Positions 11,471 through 23,245 of a DNA stretch of 44,308 nt are shown here, piece after piece. Numbering within the stretch: the stretch's first letter is position 1; every line of letters starts with the position of its first letter. The translations under genes were made by a program, and so were the position numbers. The notes below the pieces were generated by a model that was not told where the DNA came from, made no database searches, and worked only from the letters and a program-made list of their open reading frames with translations. This DNA is from Nemertoderma westbladi (taxonomy: Eukaryota; Animalia; Xenacoelomorpha). The stretch covers positions 1-44,308 of the forward strand of contig JAUCBJ010005883.1 in assembly GCA_032718475.1 (NCBI GenBank), written 5' to 3'.

Positions 11471-12104
11471 CTTGGAGATAAAATACAAAACTTTTAATTA
11501 AAAACTCTAAATTTAATTTAAAAAATATTAACTAACCAGAAAATTTTGATTTTGAGTTGATCATTCGTAGTCATTTTATAAGGGCCTATTTAAATTGGTA
11601 TTTTTTGTATTTTTATCCCTTCCTTATAATAATATCTGTAATATATGAGTGAAACCACAAAATAGTGGCCAAGACACAGTTACTACAATAATTCGGCTTA
11701 AAAAAAGGTGGGTGAAATTTCACGCAGTAAAAAGCATTTTGTCTGTCTGTCAAGACCGACAGACATTCAGACGTTTTAGATTCTCCCATACATTAAATTT
11801 GGCATCAGAAATGAAATCAGCGACTAGGAAAACCTCAAATATAAATAATTATAGTAATATTGTTGGGTGGGCTTACTTCTATTTTGACTATGAGACTGAC
11901 AAACAGACATCAAAGTTGATATCAGAAATGAAACAGCAAAAAGTTTCCCGCCTGTATGGATAATTACAGGATGGGAAATTTCAGTTGGGACAGCTCTTTT
12001 ATGTCTAAATTTGGCTCCAACATATCTCCCAATTATTTAAATGGATGAAGTCCTCAGCTTTCAGAAAATATATAGAAATTATACGTAATAAATGTGGGGC
12101 GAGT

Positions 12105-12277
12105 CAAAACTGCGAGCCATCAGCGAACTGTTATAATTATACTATGGATGGCCGTTTTCCAAAAGTCGGTGTGTATGTCGGAAGCCATAATATTGTCGGA
12201 AGCCAATATCAGAATAGGCCTATACAACCAGCCATAGTATGATTATAATTGTTCGCAAGATGGCTTGCAGCTTTTGC
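12105..12277. mobile_element. Hairpin MITE-like element in VIRMA intron 2
   Basis: ~43-bp imperfect inverted arms CAAAACTGCGAGCCATCAGCGAACTGTTATAATTATACTATGG / CCATAGTATGATTATAATTGTTCGCAAGATGGCTTGCAGCTTTTG. Confidence 0.55.
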
Positions 12278-13339
12278 TGCACGAAGGCCGGCCACTCGTG
12301 TTCTCCTGGCCACTATTTAGTGGTTTCAGCCATATAAAAAGTATTAATATTTCAAAAAGCTCCTTGTATCCAAATCCGGTTACTTTTCTCACTGATTAAA
12401 CTGTTGCAACGGGATCGCGGATCGGGCCTGTAACTGTCGCGATCCTGAGTTTTTGATCCGGGATTTTTAATTTTATTGCAGCCATACCCATCCGAGAGTC
12501 AAAATTAACCTATCTGTTCTGGGGCCGTATTCTTAGATTTCAATAGCCTCCGGTTGCCAGACTGTCTACCTTTCACAGCACATACAGCATCATCCTATTG
12601 TGTGGTACGATGGTACATACATTAGGTGCAATTGTCACACAAAGTTAAAGAAATTCAGCATACTCTTATCAATAGAACACCAACATTCAATATTCAGACA
12701 GGTTGGCTCACTCCTTATCCTTTGCTCACGCGGACCCTTTGACATAAAATACCATTTGACTTGGTATCAGTTTCTCCAGATGGAACTAAATATAGTGCGA
12801 AGTGGTAGCCTTCTGGTTCGTCTATCGGTGGCTAGGGAGAACTAACGGCTACTGCCCCTTTTATAAGAAAACTTGGGTCTCTCTGACATTTGGATGAAGG
12901 ATACGCGATTCGCGATGGCTCACACGTATTAAATTTCATATACTCTACATATTTTAAATATAAATGCGGCAAAACAATCATATAATCAAATAATGAAAAA
13001 AAAATAAATTTAATTATGGATAATATGAATATTGAATTATTATTTCGTTCAATTAAATATTATTTTAATGAATAAAAACTCAGAAAGTTAGTCTCAAAGA
13101 GATCTACAATACAACTACAATGGTAGTTGGTCATTTCTAGTTTCTTTATATTTAAATAAGTCCGATAACAATAAATAATATTAAATTAAGGAACACATCG
13201 AATTGATGATAATAGAACTTTGAATGATTGAAATTTGAAAAAAATTAGGGGGGGGGGGGGGGGGGCATCCGACCCCTTAAAAATGGTTGTATTAAGGGAG
13301 ATGGTGTATGTTTTGTGTTCTTGTAAGATTATGTAAAAA

Positions 13340-13857
13340 CCCCGTTTCAAATACATATAAACCAGGTTTTATATTTAGGAACCCCTGGTTTTGTGTGAAT
13401 GAACCCCTTTTTAAAATACATCTAAACCAGGTTTTATATTTAGGAACCGCAGGTTTTGTGTGAATGAAACCCCGTTTCACACATCTAAACCAGGTTTTAT
13501 ATTTAGGAACCGCAGGTTTTGTGTGAATGAAACCCCGTTTCACACATCTAAACCAGGTTTTTTATATTTAGGAACCGCAGGTTTTTTTGTGAATGAACCC
13601 CTGTTTAAAATACATCTAAACCAGGTTTTAAGTTTGTGAATCCTGTTCGATATGGTTGAAAATAAAGAATAAACCCAGAGTTTATAACTTGCCTAAACCA
13701 CCGGTTTGCCTTAACCACCGGTTTTCGAAACCACCGGTTTTCGAAACCACCGGTTTGCTGAAAGAATCGGCGATTAAAGTGGCTGGATTTTAATCGGCGA
13801 TTCCTTCGGCAAACCGGTGGTTTTTCAATAAATAATACAGGTTTCATTTTTTCAGTG
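13340..13857 (-). repeat. 63-bp minisatellite (~4.5 copies) plus AACCACCGGTTT repeats, ending in a CACTG-type terminus (CMC/EnSpm-like element end)
   Basis: Unit ACATCTAAACCAGGTTTTATATTTAGGAACCGCAGGTTTTGTGTGAATGAAACCCCGTTTCAC (13481-13543). ~16-bp repeats at 13697-13757; ...TTTTTTCAGTG|TA at 13857. The other end was not found. Confidence 0.7.
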
Positions 13858-14088
13858 TAGGTAAATAATTATACCGAAGAACTTTCTATTTTTTGTGAAA
13901 TAATTAGATTATCACTCGATTGATAGCCTAAATGATATTTCCCCAATACGGATCGAAACATTTTTTAATTCAGTAATCAACCATAAATTCGAATTTGCAA
14001 AGTAATTTGAAAAATCTCCACCAACACATTCATAAATTATTATAACTTTCGGTCTATACGACGTTAATGAAAACAGCCAATATATTTC

Positions 14089-14363
14089 GGCCCATGTGAA
14101 GAATACCAGACTTTCTGCCGTTATATTTCAATTTGCAGTTACCGCCATGTGAAGAATACCAGGTTTTACCAAAAACACAGGTTACAGAAGGGCTGAATCT
14201 AACCAAAACAATAAACGAATTAGTATATGTACAGGTTATAATACAAAAATAAGAGCTATAAAACACTTAATAAAGATAAATTTAAAAAAATAAAAAATCT
14301 TCATATATAAAATTATAATAAAGTCGACCGAAAAGTGAAATACTGGTATTCTTCACCTGGGCC
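14089..14363 (+). mobile_element. GGCCCATGTGAAGAATACC-TIR MITE family, copy 1 (VIRMA intron 2)
   Basis: TIRs GGCCCATGTGAAGAATACCA / TGGTATTCTTCACCTGGGCC. Homologous copies at 28787-29036 and 35454-35733. Confidence 0.8.
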
Positions 14364-14916
14364 CAATATTCTAGAACATGAAAATATTAAACGAGTAAAA
14401 TTGGCATCACGAGTGTGTGGAGTGGATGCGTTTAACCCACGAATTTGAGTCACATTAACTTTATGGAATCAACGTCGTAAATGCTGTGTAGTTATTGGTC
14501 CATTTATTTTGTAAGACCAAATATCATTAAATTTGTTTTATACAATTTTATATTTATATTCAATAATTAAGCAAGGAGACCATCCTGATAATAAAATTAC
14601 GTAAAAATAGGAAAAAATTTAAACTTTTATTTCACTATTCTTTGGAAACTTTACAATTCCACGAGTCTGCGATTCTAGCGATAACCGCGACGATTTCAAG
14701 ATTATTATATCAGGTTGAGTTTCATTGTAAAGAGCTTTACCTCACTATTAAAATGTTCAGTTCAGTTGTAATCTGATATATTGCCCTCTAGAAATATAAT
14801 GTGCTGTACAAACGAATTAAAGTAATGTAATAAAATAATATTTTAAAATTATATAAAAAATTATAAATATTTAATACAGACTTAACTGCAGTACCGGTAT
14901 CGATAATGTTAATTAC

Positions 14917-15724
14917 CTTTTCCATATTGGCAATCCATTGAACACCGCGTCCTTTATTGCAATCAGAATCAACCAGAGCCAATAACTCGACGACTTTACT
15001 CGCAACGTCCCCCTCATCCGAGTCATCTAGGGCCAACTTCCATTTCAAAACCTCGAAAGAGGAGAATTCAGAGGGATGGAAGAATTCGGGAGGCGCGAAG
15101 TAAGGGTTGTAGGCGGAGAATGTCGGATCCGGAACCAACCATACGTCATCGTCTGAGTCATCCTCATCCAAACCATCTTCGGTCTGGTCCTTAACGAAGA
15201 ACTCGTCGGCCTTCTCGTCAACGTCGTCGTCATCCAAGATCTCGTCTATGACCTGCATCTCGCCGTCGCTGATGTCCTCGTAATGCTCCGGGTCGCCCTC
15301 GCCGTCGCTGCCGCGAGCTCCGTCTGGGCGAGACTCGCTGCGTCGCTGGGGCAACGGGGTGGTGACCAATGGGATCAACGGGGGGATGTCGGCACTACTG
15401 GGGGGGAATGCGGGGGACGTGGGCGGAAGGAGGGAGGCGGGTTGCTCGAAGTAGGGGGGGATAGGGGGCGATGGAGGTCGGAAGGTGGATCCCCCCGGGG
15501 CCGGGGGACTGAGAGGGTGGTACCCAGGGGAGTCCTGGGGCGCCTCGGTGTATATCCCCCGCTGGACGGCCGGGTAGGGGGGCGAGTGGTGACCCCCGAA
15601 GCGAGGGGGCGAGCCCCCCTGGCCGTAGCGCTGAGGGGAGCCCCCCTGGACATAGCGAGGGGAAGTAGTGTAGTTGTGTGGCGGGGAGCGACGCATTCGA
15701 TTAAACATAGCAGGGGACCGACTC
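14917..15724 (-). CDS. VIRMA: Virilizer/VIRMA, coding exon 2 (808 bp)
   Basis: Acceptor TTTGTTTTTTTCCTCAG|G (phase 2, compatible with exon 1) and donor GAAAAG|GTAATT. Encodes SP repeats, acidic YEDISDGE...DEDDSDDD (VIRMA-like) and QWIANMEK leading into exon 3. Confidence 0.88.
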
Positions 15725-15828
15725 CTGAGGAAAAAAACAAATTGTTGCTATAGGCCTATAAATATATTTTATAGATAGTTATTTAATAATCCAATCTAGT
15801 GCACGAGTATGGCAGATAGGAATGATGC

Positions 15829-16820
15829 TGGGCTGGTACAGAATACGATACGATACGAACAAATTTTTGACGATACGATACAAATGGAATTCTGAGAAAA
15901 TACGATGTGATACGAAAAATTGCAAGATACGATACGAAAAAGTTTCGTATTTTCTTAGAATCGTATTATATTTCACATTGTTGATATAAAAATGTAGCCT
16001 ATTGAATTTTTATTACACTTGAAACTTATTTATAAATTTCAAGAAGGCAAATATTTTAACTTCAGTATAACCTTCAATTTTCAAAATATTACCTGACATA
16101 AAAAATACATGATGAATGAACACTACTGTACTTTCTACGACAAGCGTGCGACTACTGGCTAAAACATCCATTAGGACTGTGCAATAAGAGACTTAATAAT
16201 TAGACTATACAATCAACTATAATTATAATTATAATTATATCATGAGTGTCTTTTATAAATATCCCAAATACCAAGTATCAGTATTCTACAGTTAATTACA
16301 ATGTGAGTATCGAATCTACCTTGGTTACACCTTTTATTGACGTAAGGTGTATCCTATTTTATACAGAAAATTTGTGAAAAAAATAGTATAGAAATAAGTA
16401 AAAAAATTGTATAGAAATAAGTAGTGTGATCTCTGGTTGGACTGTTATAAAAGACATTAAAGTTAAATACATCACAAGTTATGTAACAAATGCTACGAAA
16501 ATAGATACGAAATACGAAAAATAATTATTCGTATTACTAAATATACGATACGATCTCTTTAGATTTATTAATCCCTTTAGATAATTAATTTTCCATTTTA
16601 TTATCGTAGTTCCTATATTCTATTTTAACATATTTATATTTATTGGTCAATTTATTGAAATAATGATTAAATTTCCCAGTTGCCTCGCTTGGGGGCGTAA
16701 TGATTAAAAAAAAAAATATACGATACGAAGTAAATTTTTGCGATACGATACGAAATTCGATACGAAGAACATACTTTGATACGAAATCTAATTTCGCAGC
16801 GTTAACGTATCCTGTCGATG
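15829..16820. repeat. Degenerate DNA-transposon-like element with (CGATA)n subterminal repeats
   Basis: GATACGATACGA clusters at 15843-15940, 16500-16555 and 16718-16790; weak inverted ends (CAGAATACG / CGTATCCTG). Confidence 0.4.
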
Positions 16821-16853
16821 CATGATGTATTTAGATAGGGCCTACCTGTAAAT

Positions 16854-17445
16854 GGGTCAATGCCAACCATATTGACAAAGTCACGTAAGGGACTAAAAAT
16901 ACCATACATGACATCAAAACCTGTCTATTTAAATTTTCAAAATGAATTGTTTAATATCAAAATAACATTTTCTCGGGTCCATAGACAACAGTTTGTTCAT
17001 CACATTGTTAAACAGAAAAACATATTTATTATTTAGCTCCACTTTGCACAGCAAGTTTCTCAAAAAGTGAAACTTTATGGATGTATTATCCTTTTCTTAC
17101 TAGAAAACGTTCTACTTCGAACTGATATCATTTGCCGGACACCTCAATACCAACATTAAACGACTGAAATGTATACGGGTACTAAAATAATTTCAAGAAA
17201 GTGGTCATAAAGTACGAAAAAATGTTTTATCCAATACGTCACCAATTTATTCTCAATTTTTGCTTTTTTAGGAATGTTTCTCTCAGTAACGGCCAATAAG
17301 TTTTTGGGGCACTTTCTGGTTTCATATGCCGAAATTATCGCTCTTTCTCACGATCAATATGGCGTATTCTCAAAGTGTATTTCAAAATTCGACAAATCTC
17401 AAATATCACGTACGGGACATTGGTGAATACGGTTGGCATTGACCC
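16854..17445. mobile_element. Non-autonomous TIR element with 4-bp TSD (Sola1-like)
   Basis: Perfect 15-bp TIR GGGTCAATGCCAACC / GGTTGGCATTGACCC; TSD AAAT (16850-16853, 17446-17449) fits the AWWT target of Sola1. Confidence 0.7.
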
Positions 17446-17961
17446 AAATGTTTCACCTTAGTAAACAGATTGTAAACAACCAATTTGGAGAAGACGTTGT
17501 CATCCAGAGATTTCCCCCCTTAAGCGGAAGGAAGCCTGGAGAACTGCTGCAGATGGCTCTGCGTCTCCGTAAATATAACGACTATCACAGGGGTGTGGGA
17601 CACTCCCAGTCCCGAACTCAAGTGTCTAAGTTATGGGGTTCTAATGAACGATTCGACCTAATTTATCTGTTAGACATAATTGGCTTGGCCGTTTAGTATA
17701 CCGGCAACCTAATAAAAGTGAGAAACTCTTAATTTTATCTGGCTTGACATTGAATTTAGATATTTATCGAGTAACTTTAGGGACTGCCAAGTGCCAATAA
17801 ATAGAAAATGAAAATAAATAAATTTGTATATCAAGCCGTGAAAATTAACAGTTTCTACTACCGATAATATTATTTAATATAATCTAATTTATTATATCTA
17901 TACCGCGACTTAATCGACCTACTAAAAATAACCATTTTTCACTAAATTAATCACTTTCCAC

Positions 17962-19475
17962 TGTGGATGTCACGGAATCAATATTTTGACTCCGGAATTC
18001 AACATGCCGGTCATGCCGGAATTTCGTATAATTAGTAGCAAGCAAGCAAATAGACGGCCGAGGCCGGAGGCGAACCGAAGGCTCCTCTTTCGATAGCTGC
18101 TACCCGAGGGAACGGGTGGGCGCTACTCCTATCCCAAGATTTGCTCCCAGTAATTTAACTGGTACTCATTTTATCGACCACAGTGGATGAAAGGTTGAGT
18201 GGACCCTGGCGGGGCTGAACCTACAACCAATTCATTGCAGGCCCGGTGCTTAACAAACTGAGCTAGCCCGCCTTCTGTAATTAGTGAAATACACTTAATG
18301 ACCCATGAACGTTTATAACTTTTTGTGAAATTAATATTTATTTTTTAAATTTCTAAAGACAAGTTTACCAATGAGACAATCACACCTTGAGCGGAATTTT
18401 GGTGGGTGGAGTGGCGAAAACTTCGGCGATAGGGAATTCAAATTATTTTTAATCCGAAAGTTAGGTTTTTAGACTCAAACCTGATAATCTATGTTGACCA
18501 AACACCTAGGGTTTCAAGTCATCAGGTCCTTTGGTGCCGGGCAATATCCTGGTATCGTTAATGGAAAGGAGCAGGTTACAGTGACATGTTATTCGAACCA
18601 AAACAATAAACGAGAATCAATAGTGCATATTACAGTTTAACTTTTGATGGGAACAAATAGATTTATGGTAAGAAATAGCTTTGCTGTTAATAGAATAGGC
18701 CTAACTACTGTATTATGCAGCACCTGACGCTAACGACGCAGGACCGAATGACATAACGACCATTCACAGGACTTAAATATGCAGGACCGGTACGTAGTGA
18801 AATAACTTTTTAGTTGTAGGTTAGCGTAGTTTATTTGTGAAAAATTATATTTATAGGCCTAACCATGTAACATAAATGACCCCCTTATGGATATAAGCTG
18901 CAAAGCTTTAGGAGTACGGTACGGTAATCCAATATGTTATGTAAGACAATAACTATAAAATAATGTTATCATACTATTTAATAATTAAATTAAAGTAAAA
19001 TAATGTAAAACCAATATAAAATAATGCAAAACCAATCTAAAAAAGTTCATATTATAAGTAAACTGTAAAAACCAGTAGTTTTGATGCATTTCATAAAAAA
19101 TATTTAGAACGAAAAAAGGTTTAAGCCTAATTTGTTAAAATTAAGACGGTTGTGAATGGTAATGTATACTACAGTAGGTGATGAAACAGCTGGTGGGACC
19201 ATTTCAGTTTGATTATTAGGCAAAATCTTTTTTAGGAAATGTGTTGCATCCATTAGTGTTCCATCAACACTGATTTACTTTAAAAAACGGGGTGTGGCAG
19301 TGAATTTTCCCTCTTTGCAACTTTATGAGCAAAAGTTTAAATGTATAAAATTTAATAACAATTTAACAGACCAATTTGCAACTATCAAACTAGCTGGCAA
19401 CCTCATTCCGGCCAAAACGGGAATCGGGCAAAAACCGCCGGAATTCCGGCCGGAATGGATTCCGGGACATCCCTA
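17962..19475. mobile_element. hAT-like non-autonomous element carrying a SINE insertion
   Basis: TIRs TGTGGATGTCACGGAATC / GATTCCGGGACATCCCTA; near-TSD CTTTCCAC / GATTCCAC (6/8); CCGGAAT subterminal motifs at both ends. Confidence 0.6.
18037..18277 (-). mobile_element. tRNA-derived SINE with Nin/Deu-type core and (TTGC)n tail
   Basis: Minus strand: head GGCGGGCTAGCTCAGTTTGTTAAGCAC...GGTTCAGCCCCGCC (A and B boxes), core CACTCAACCTTTCATCC...GGTCGATAAAATGAGTACCAG, tail TTGCTTGCTTGC. 8-bp TSD TAATTAGT (18029-18036, 18278-18285). Confidence 0.85.
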
Positions 19476-20391
19476 GATTCCACTAACTATATTGATTACA
19501 GTATTACTAAATATAGGAAAGGAGCAGGTTACAGTGGCACTTTATTCTAAAATTAGGCCTAGACCTACTGTATTGCGTTTTTCTGTTAATCTATATATAC
19601 ACTGATTTAATTATATATATAATTCGTAAAAATAATAGGCCTATATCATATGAGAATTTGTTTCTATACACCATTTTAATGATAATTCATAAAAATACCA
19701 TCGTATTGACAAATATTACAGCTGTGGGGACGGATCCATTGCTATCAATATTGTTGTAATAAATTACGCGCCTATGCGGGGCAGCCTAATAACAAAAAAC
19801 AAAACAGTGGGTGAAGTACCGTCTCTATATACAATAGTATGTTAAAAAAACACTGTTTGTAAGAAATGTAGGTATCTTCTCCTAGACAATTCTAAACGAA
19901 ATAAAGCGAAATTTTGCAGAAAGCATGTCCAATAGATGCTCCATATGGGGTGTCGACAGAATTTTGATTGAGTTAATTCTGCGATTATGATCTGTCATTC
20001 TAGAATTAATTTCACTGTTGCTAGGCAACCAACAGATCACTCGCAACCAAAACCTTGCATACATTACACAACTAGGTCAAAGTTTCATTCAATTACCGGT
20101 ATCAACATTAAGTGCAAGAAGTTATGTGGACAAACAAACGTTAGAAATAGATACAGGGGGAAAACTGGACGCAAATCCCATCTCGGCGAATTAATATCCC
20201 GCTCAATGTTAAATTCTTAATTTAGGGAAAGGAGCAGGTTACAGTGGCACGTTATTTTAAAACAAAATAATAAACTAAACACTACAGAACAGAACAGAAA
20301 AGGTTACAGTTTTATTTTTGAGAATAGCCTAATCAGCTGTTATATATATTAAAATATACCGGGAAATATTAAATGTAGCCAGGCAACTAAC

Positions 20392-22049
20392 CTTCCGAAT
20401 ATCGGGGGAGACTGGCCGTCATGGAAACGGGGTGGCGATCGGTTGGACCTGCCGAAGGGAGGAGGGGAATCCGATCTCAACGGGATGCTGCGATGGCTGA
20501 ACGAGGGGGGCAAGTTGAGCGGAGGTGAATAGATCGGGGGCGATCGGGGAACCATACCGTGTACGGGGATCTGTATAGGGGGCTGTAGGCCTGGAGGGGG
20601 GCGCATGTAGGGGGAACCGGCTTCGTGGGACTGTCGGTAGGCCCCCCAGTCGGCAGGGGGCGGCGCCGAGTAGTTGGGAGGTGGATGCATGAAGGGGGCC
20701 GGAGCGGGGGGCGCCGTCCAGTAGCAGGCCCCCTCGTCAGCGAGGGGGAAGGGCTGAGGACTGAATCCCCCCGCAACGGGGGACGCCCCCCCTCGGACCC
20801 GGCGATCCTTGGGCGGAGACCGCGAACGCTTCCCAGATCTCGATCTCTTCGACCTCGAACGATCTTTATGCGATTTATCACTCGCTCGCTTCGCTCGTTC
20901 TTTCGAAGACCGATGCCGCGACTTCTTATCGACGTAGGAGGAATCCGGCGACGATACCAGTTTATTTTTCTCATCGTCGTTATTCGCGGCTTTACGTTTT
21001 TTCTCGCGACCCCGTTCTACTTTCCTCCCAAGTTTCTCCCCAAGCTGGTTGGAGTCTCTGGAAGGACTCCGAGACCCAGACACCCGCACACGATGCCGCT
21101 TACGTTTCGTTTTCGACTCCTTCGTGACTCGTTCCCCTCTGAGGAATCGCTCAACCCGCTCTTTGTGCTCGTTCTCATCTCGCTCCCTGTTGGGCGAATC
21201 GTCTCGCGATTTTGTTTCCTTTTTGCGGTGTTTGTGGGACTCGGATTGCTTTTTCGCGCTGATTTTACCTGTGGGAGGCGGCGGTGGTGGTACGTCCTCC
21301 TCCTGCTGCTGACGCGACGGGAACTCATTCAACTGTCTGGGTGGCGGCTCAATAAGTTGCGGCGGCTCAATACGTTGGTGGTGTTGGACCATCTGGGGGA
21401 TGGCGGAATCAGCAGCCACCGGTGGGTAGGCCGGTATGTCCGCAAAGTTTCCGTGTTGCGGGGCCACGTGAAGGATAGGGGGAACCACCGGTGCTGGGGG
21501 GATCTCGTCAGCTTCGCCCAGCTCACGACGAATTCTCGCATCCAAGTCTAGCGATCTGCCAGACTGCTTCTCCTTGGCAGTCAGCGGTGGGACCGCGGCA
21601 GGGGGGTGGGCCACACCGTCTGGGCTTACCTTCGGGGCCGGAGGGGTCACATGGACATTTGTGGTGCCGTAAACCGCCACAGTTACGTGGATGTATTTGC
21701 CTTTGAGAATGACAACATCTGTTGGGACTTTGTGAGTCGCTTGCATTTGTATATCCGAAGTTGATTTAAATTCCAGATGGCCAAGCTTTTCGAATGAGCT
21801 GCACCCTTTTTTGGCGAGATTATTTACGAACATTTCGACAAAAAAGTCGGATGGTTTTGTTTCGCCTACAACATTTTTAGACGTTGGGTCTTTACCGTTG
21901 ATTTCAAAGTTAATCGGAACCACCCTTACCTCATATATGTATACGGGTCTAGGAAATCTGACAAGATCCAAGTTAAGTTCCAATTCTCCTTGAGACGCAT
22001 TATTTTCGTGGTGAAAGGTATCGCAAAACAATAACTCCGGAGCTGCCAT
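20392..22049 (-). CDS. VIRMA: Virilizer/VIRMA, coding exon 1 (1658 bp): VIR_N domain plus Pro-rich and RS-like regions
   Basis: ATG at 22049. MAAPELLFCDTFHH...LDLVRFPRPVYIYEVRVVP...GETKP...FEKLG...VPTDVVILKGKYIHVTVAVYG is the virilizer N-terminal domain. Donor GGAAG|GTTAGT at 20392/20391; the joined CDS is 6966 nt, in frame. Confidence 0.92.
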
Positions 22050-22919
22050 TTTCTCCCACTCGAAATTACAATACGGCGTTCCGGTAGGGAAAGTTGGCAA
22101 CTATTGCGACTACCCAACTGCTTGTAGTGCTGGTGGATAGATAGGCCTACTAAACATTGAAACAAGCATAATATTATTCATATTCATATATTACAGGGTG
22201 CAGGGCGAGGAAGTTAAACTTATCAGCTTATCAGTCAGGGAGATCATCAAATTTGAGAATACCTCAAATTTCAAATTATAGACCCAATTTTGGAATTACC
22301 TCAAATTTAATACAAGGTTAGGTTAATTCTCTAAATTCGAGTTTACCCCAAATTTGAATTTCATAGCAGCATAGTCAGATACAGACAGAAGTCATAGTTG
22401 GCCTAGTTCAGTAGTTGTTAGCTTGTTACTGTATTGCAAAGGTAAAAAAATAAACTGATGTAGGTCTAGTACTCTAGTGTCTGAGTGTTGTGAAATATAA
22501 TATTTAAAACATATTCAGTATTTGTTTAAAAAGGCTTATACTTAAAAAGGCTACTGGTAGGGGTGCAGTGGGGTGGTATGATCAGATGGTAGACATATAA
22601 AACGAAGTACAGAGCTTAAAGAACTTATATTTTTATATTGTTACCGGTAATTTTTTTGCTTGAATATGCCGTAAAATCGGGAGAAAAAGTAGTAGGCCTA
22701 CTTTTTTTCCCTACTGGTAGGGAAAAAGTTGTCCCCATACCGGTACTGCCATAATATCTGAATATCGTAACTTTTTGTTCGGCACAGCTTTTGCAAAGTC
22801 GGCAACACTGCAACCTGCAATAATATTGAATAATATTGCCACATAATAATGTACCATAGAGGCATAATTTTGCATTGATTTTACTTTTTCTCCCGGTAAA
22901 AAAAGTAAAATAAAACATT

Positions 22920-23178
22920 GGCAATTGTGTCAAATAGGGGACCCTCCTAATCTGCTAATCCTGAAATCACCTAAACTAAAGTCACTTTCACTAGTGCCCG
23001 GTTACAGGGTTAGCAAAGGTCAAAGGAGCAGGTTACAGAGGTGAGTTGAAAGTAACCAAAAAACCAATAAACAAGAGTTAGGAATATTGATATCACCTGC
23101 ACTAAATTTCAGGATTAGCTGGTGATTTCAGGATTAGCAGATTAAGGAGGGTCACCTATTTGATTTGACACAAGTGCC
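22920..23178. mobile_element. MITE with ~50-bp TIRs and 8-bp TSD (GG termini; Merlin- or MULE-like)
   Basis: GGCAATTGTGTCAAATAGGGGACCCTCCTAATCTGCTAATCCTGAAATCACC vs GGTGATTTCAGGATTAGCAGATTAAGGAGGGTCACCTATTTGATTTGACACAAGTGCC; flanks AAAACATT / AAAATATT. Confidence 0.75.
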
Positions 23179-23245
23179 AAAATATTTTTGGTGGAATTTC
23201 AAAACGATTTGTGCTGATCAAATGATGATGATGATGTTTCTACTG

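Noticed and set aside
12600-12900. Possible decayed L2 3' end (SFAHADPLT*N)
   Set aside because: Similarity is too short and interrupted by stops to support a call.
13340-13630. CRISPR-like regular repeats
   Set aside because: Head-to-tail 63-bp units with no unique spacers, in a eukaryotic intron, with no cas genes.
17470-17640. GC-richer patch in VIRMA intron 1 as a cryptic exon
   Set aside because: No convincing splice pair or recognisable protein similarity; probably a TE remnant.
18205-18272. tRNA gene (Cys-like anticodon loop)
   Set aside because: Cloverleaf stems are degenerate and the sequence continues into a SINE core and tail with a TSD.
20625-21551. 308-aa antisense ORF and other overlapping ORFs on VIRMA exons (20477-20974, 15283-15753, 6989-7528, 7110-7799)
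   Set aside because: They coincide with GC-rich low-complexity coding sequence where stops are rare in alternative frames; no recognisable domains.
22050-22100. N-terminal extension MPTFPTG... of the 583-aa ORF
   Set aside because: It starts at TTG (prokaryote-style ORF calling); VIR_N homology begins at the ATG at 22049.
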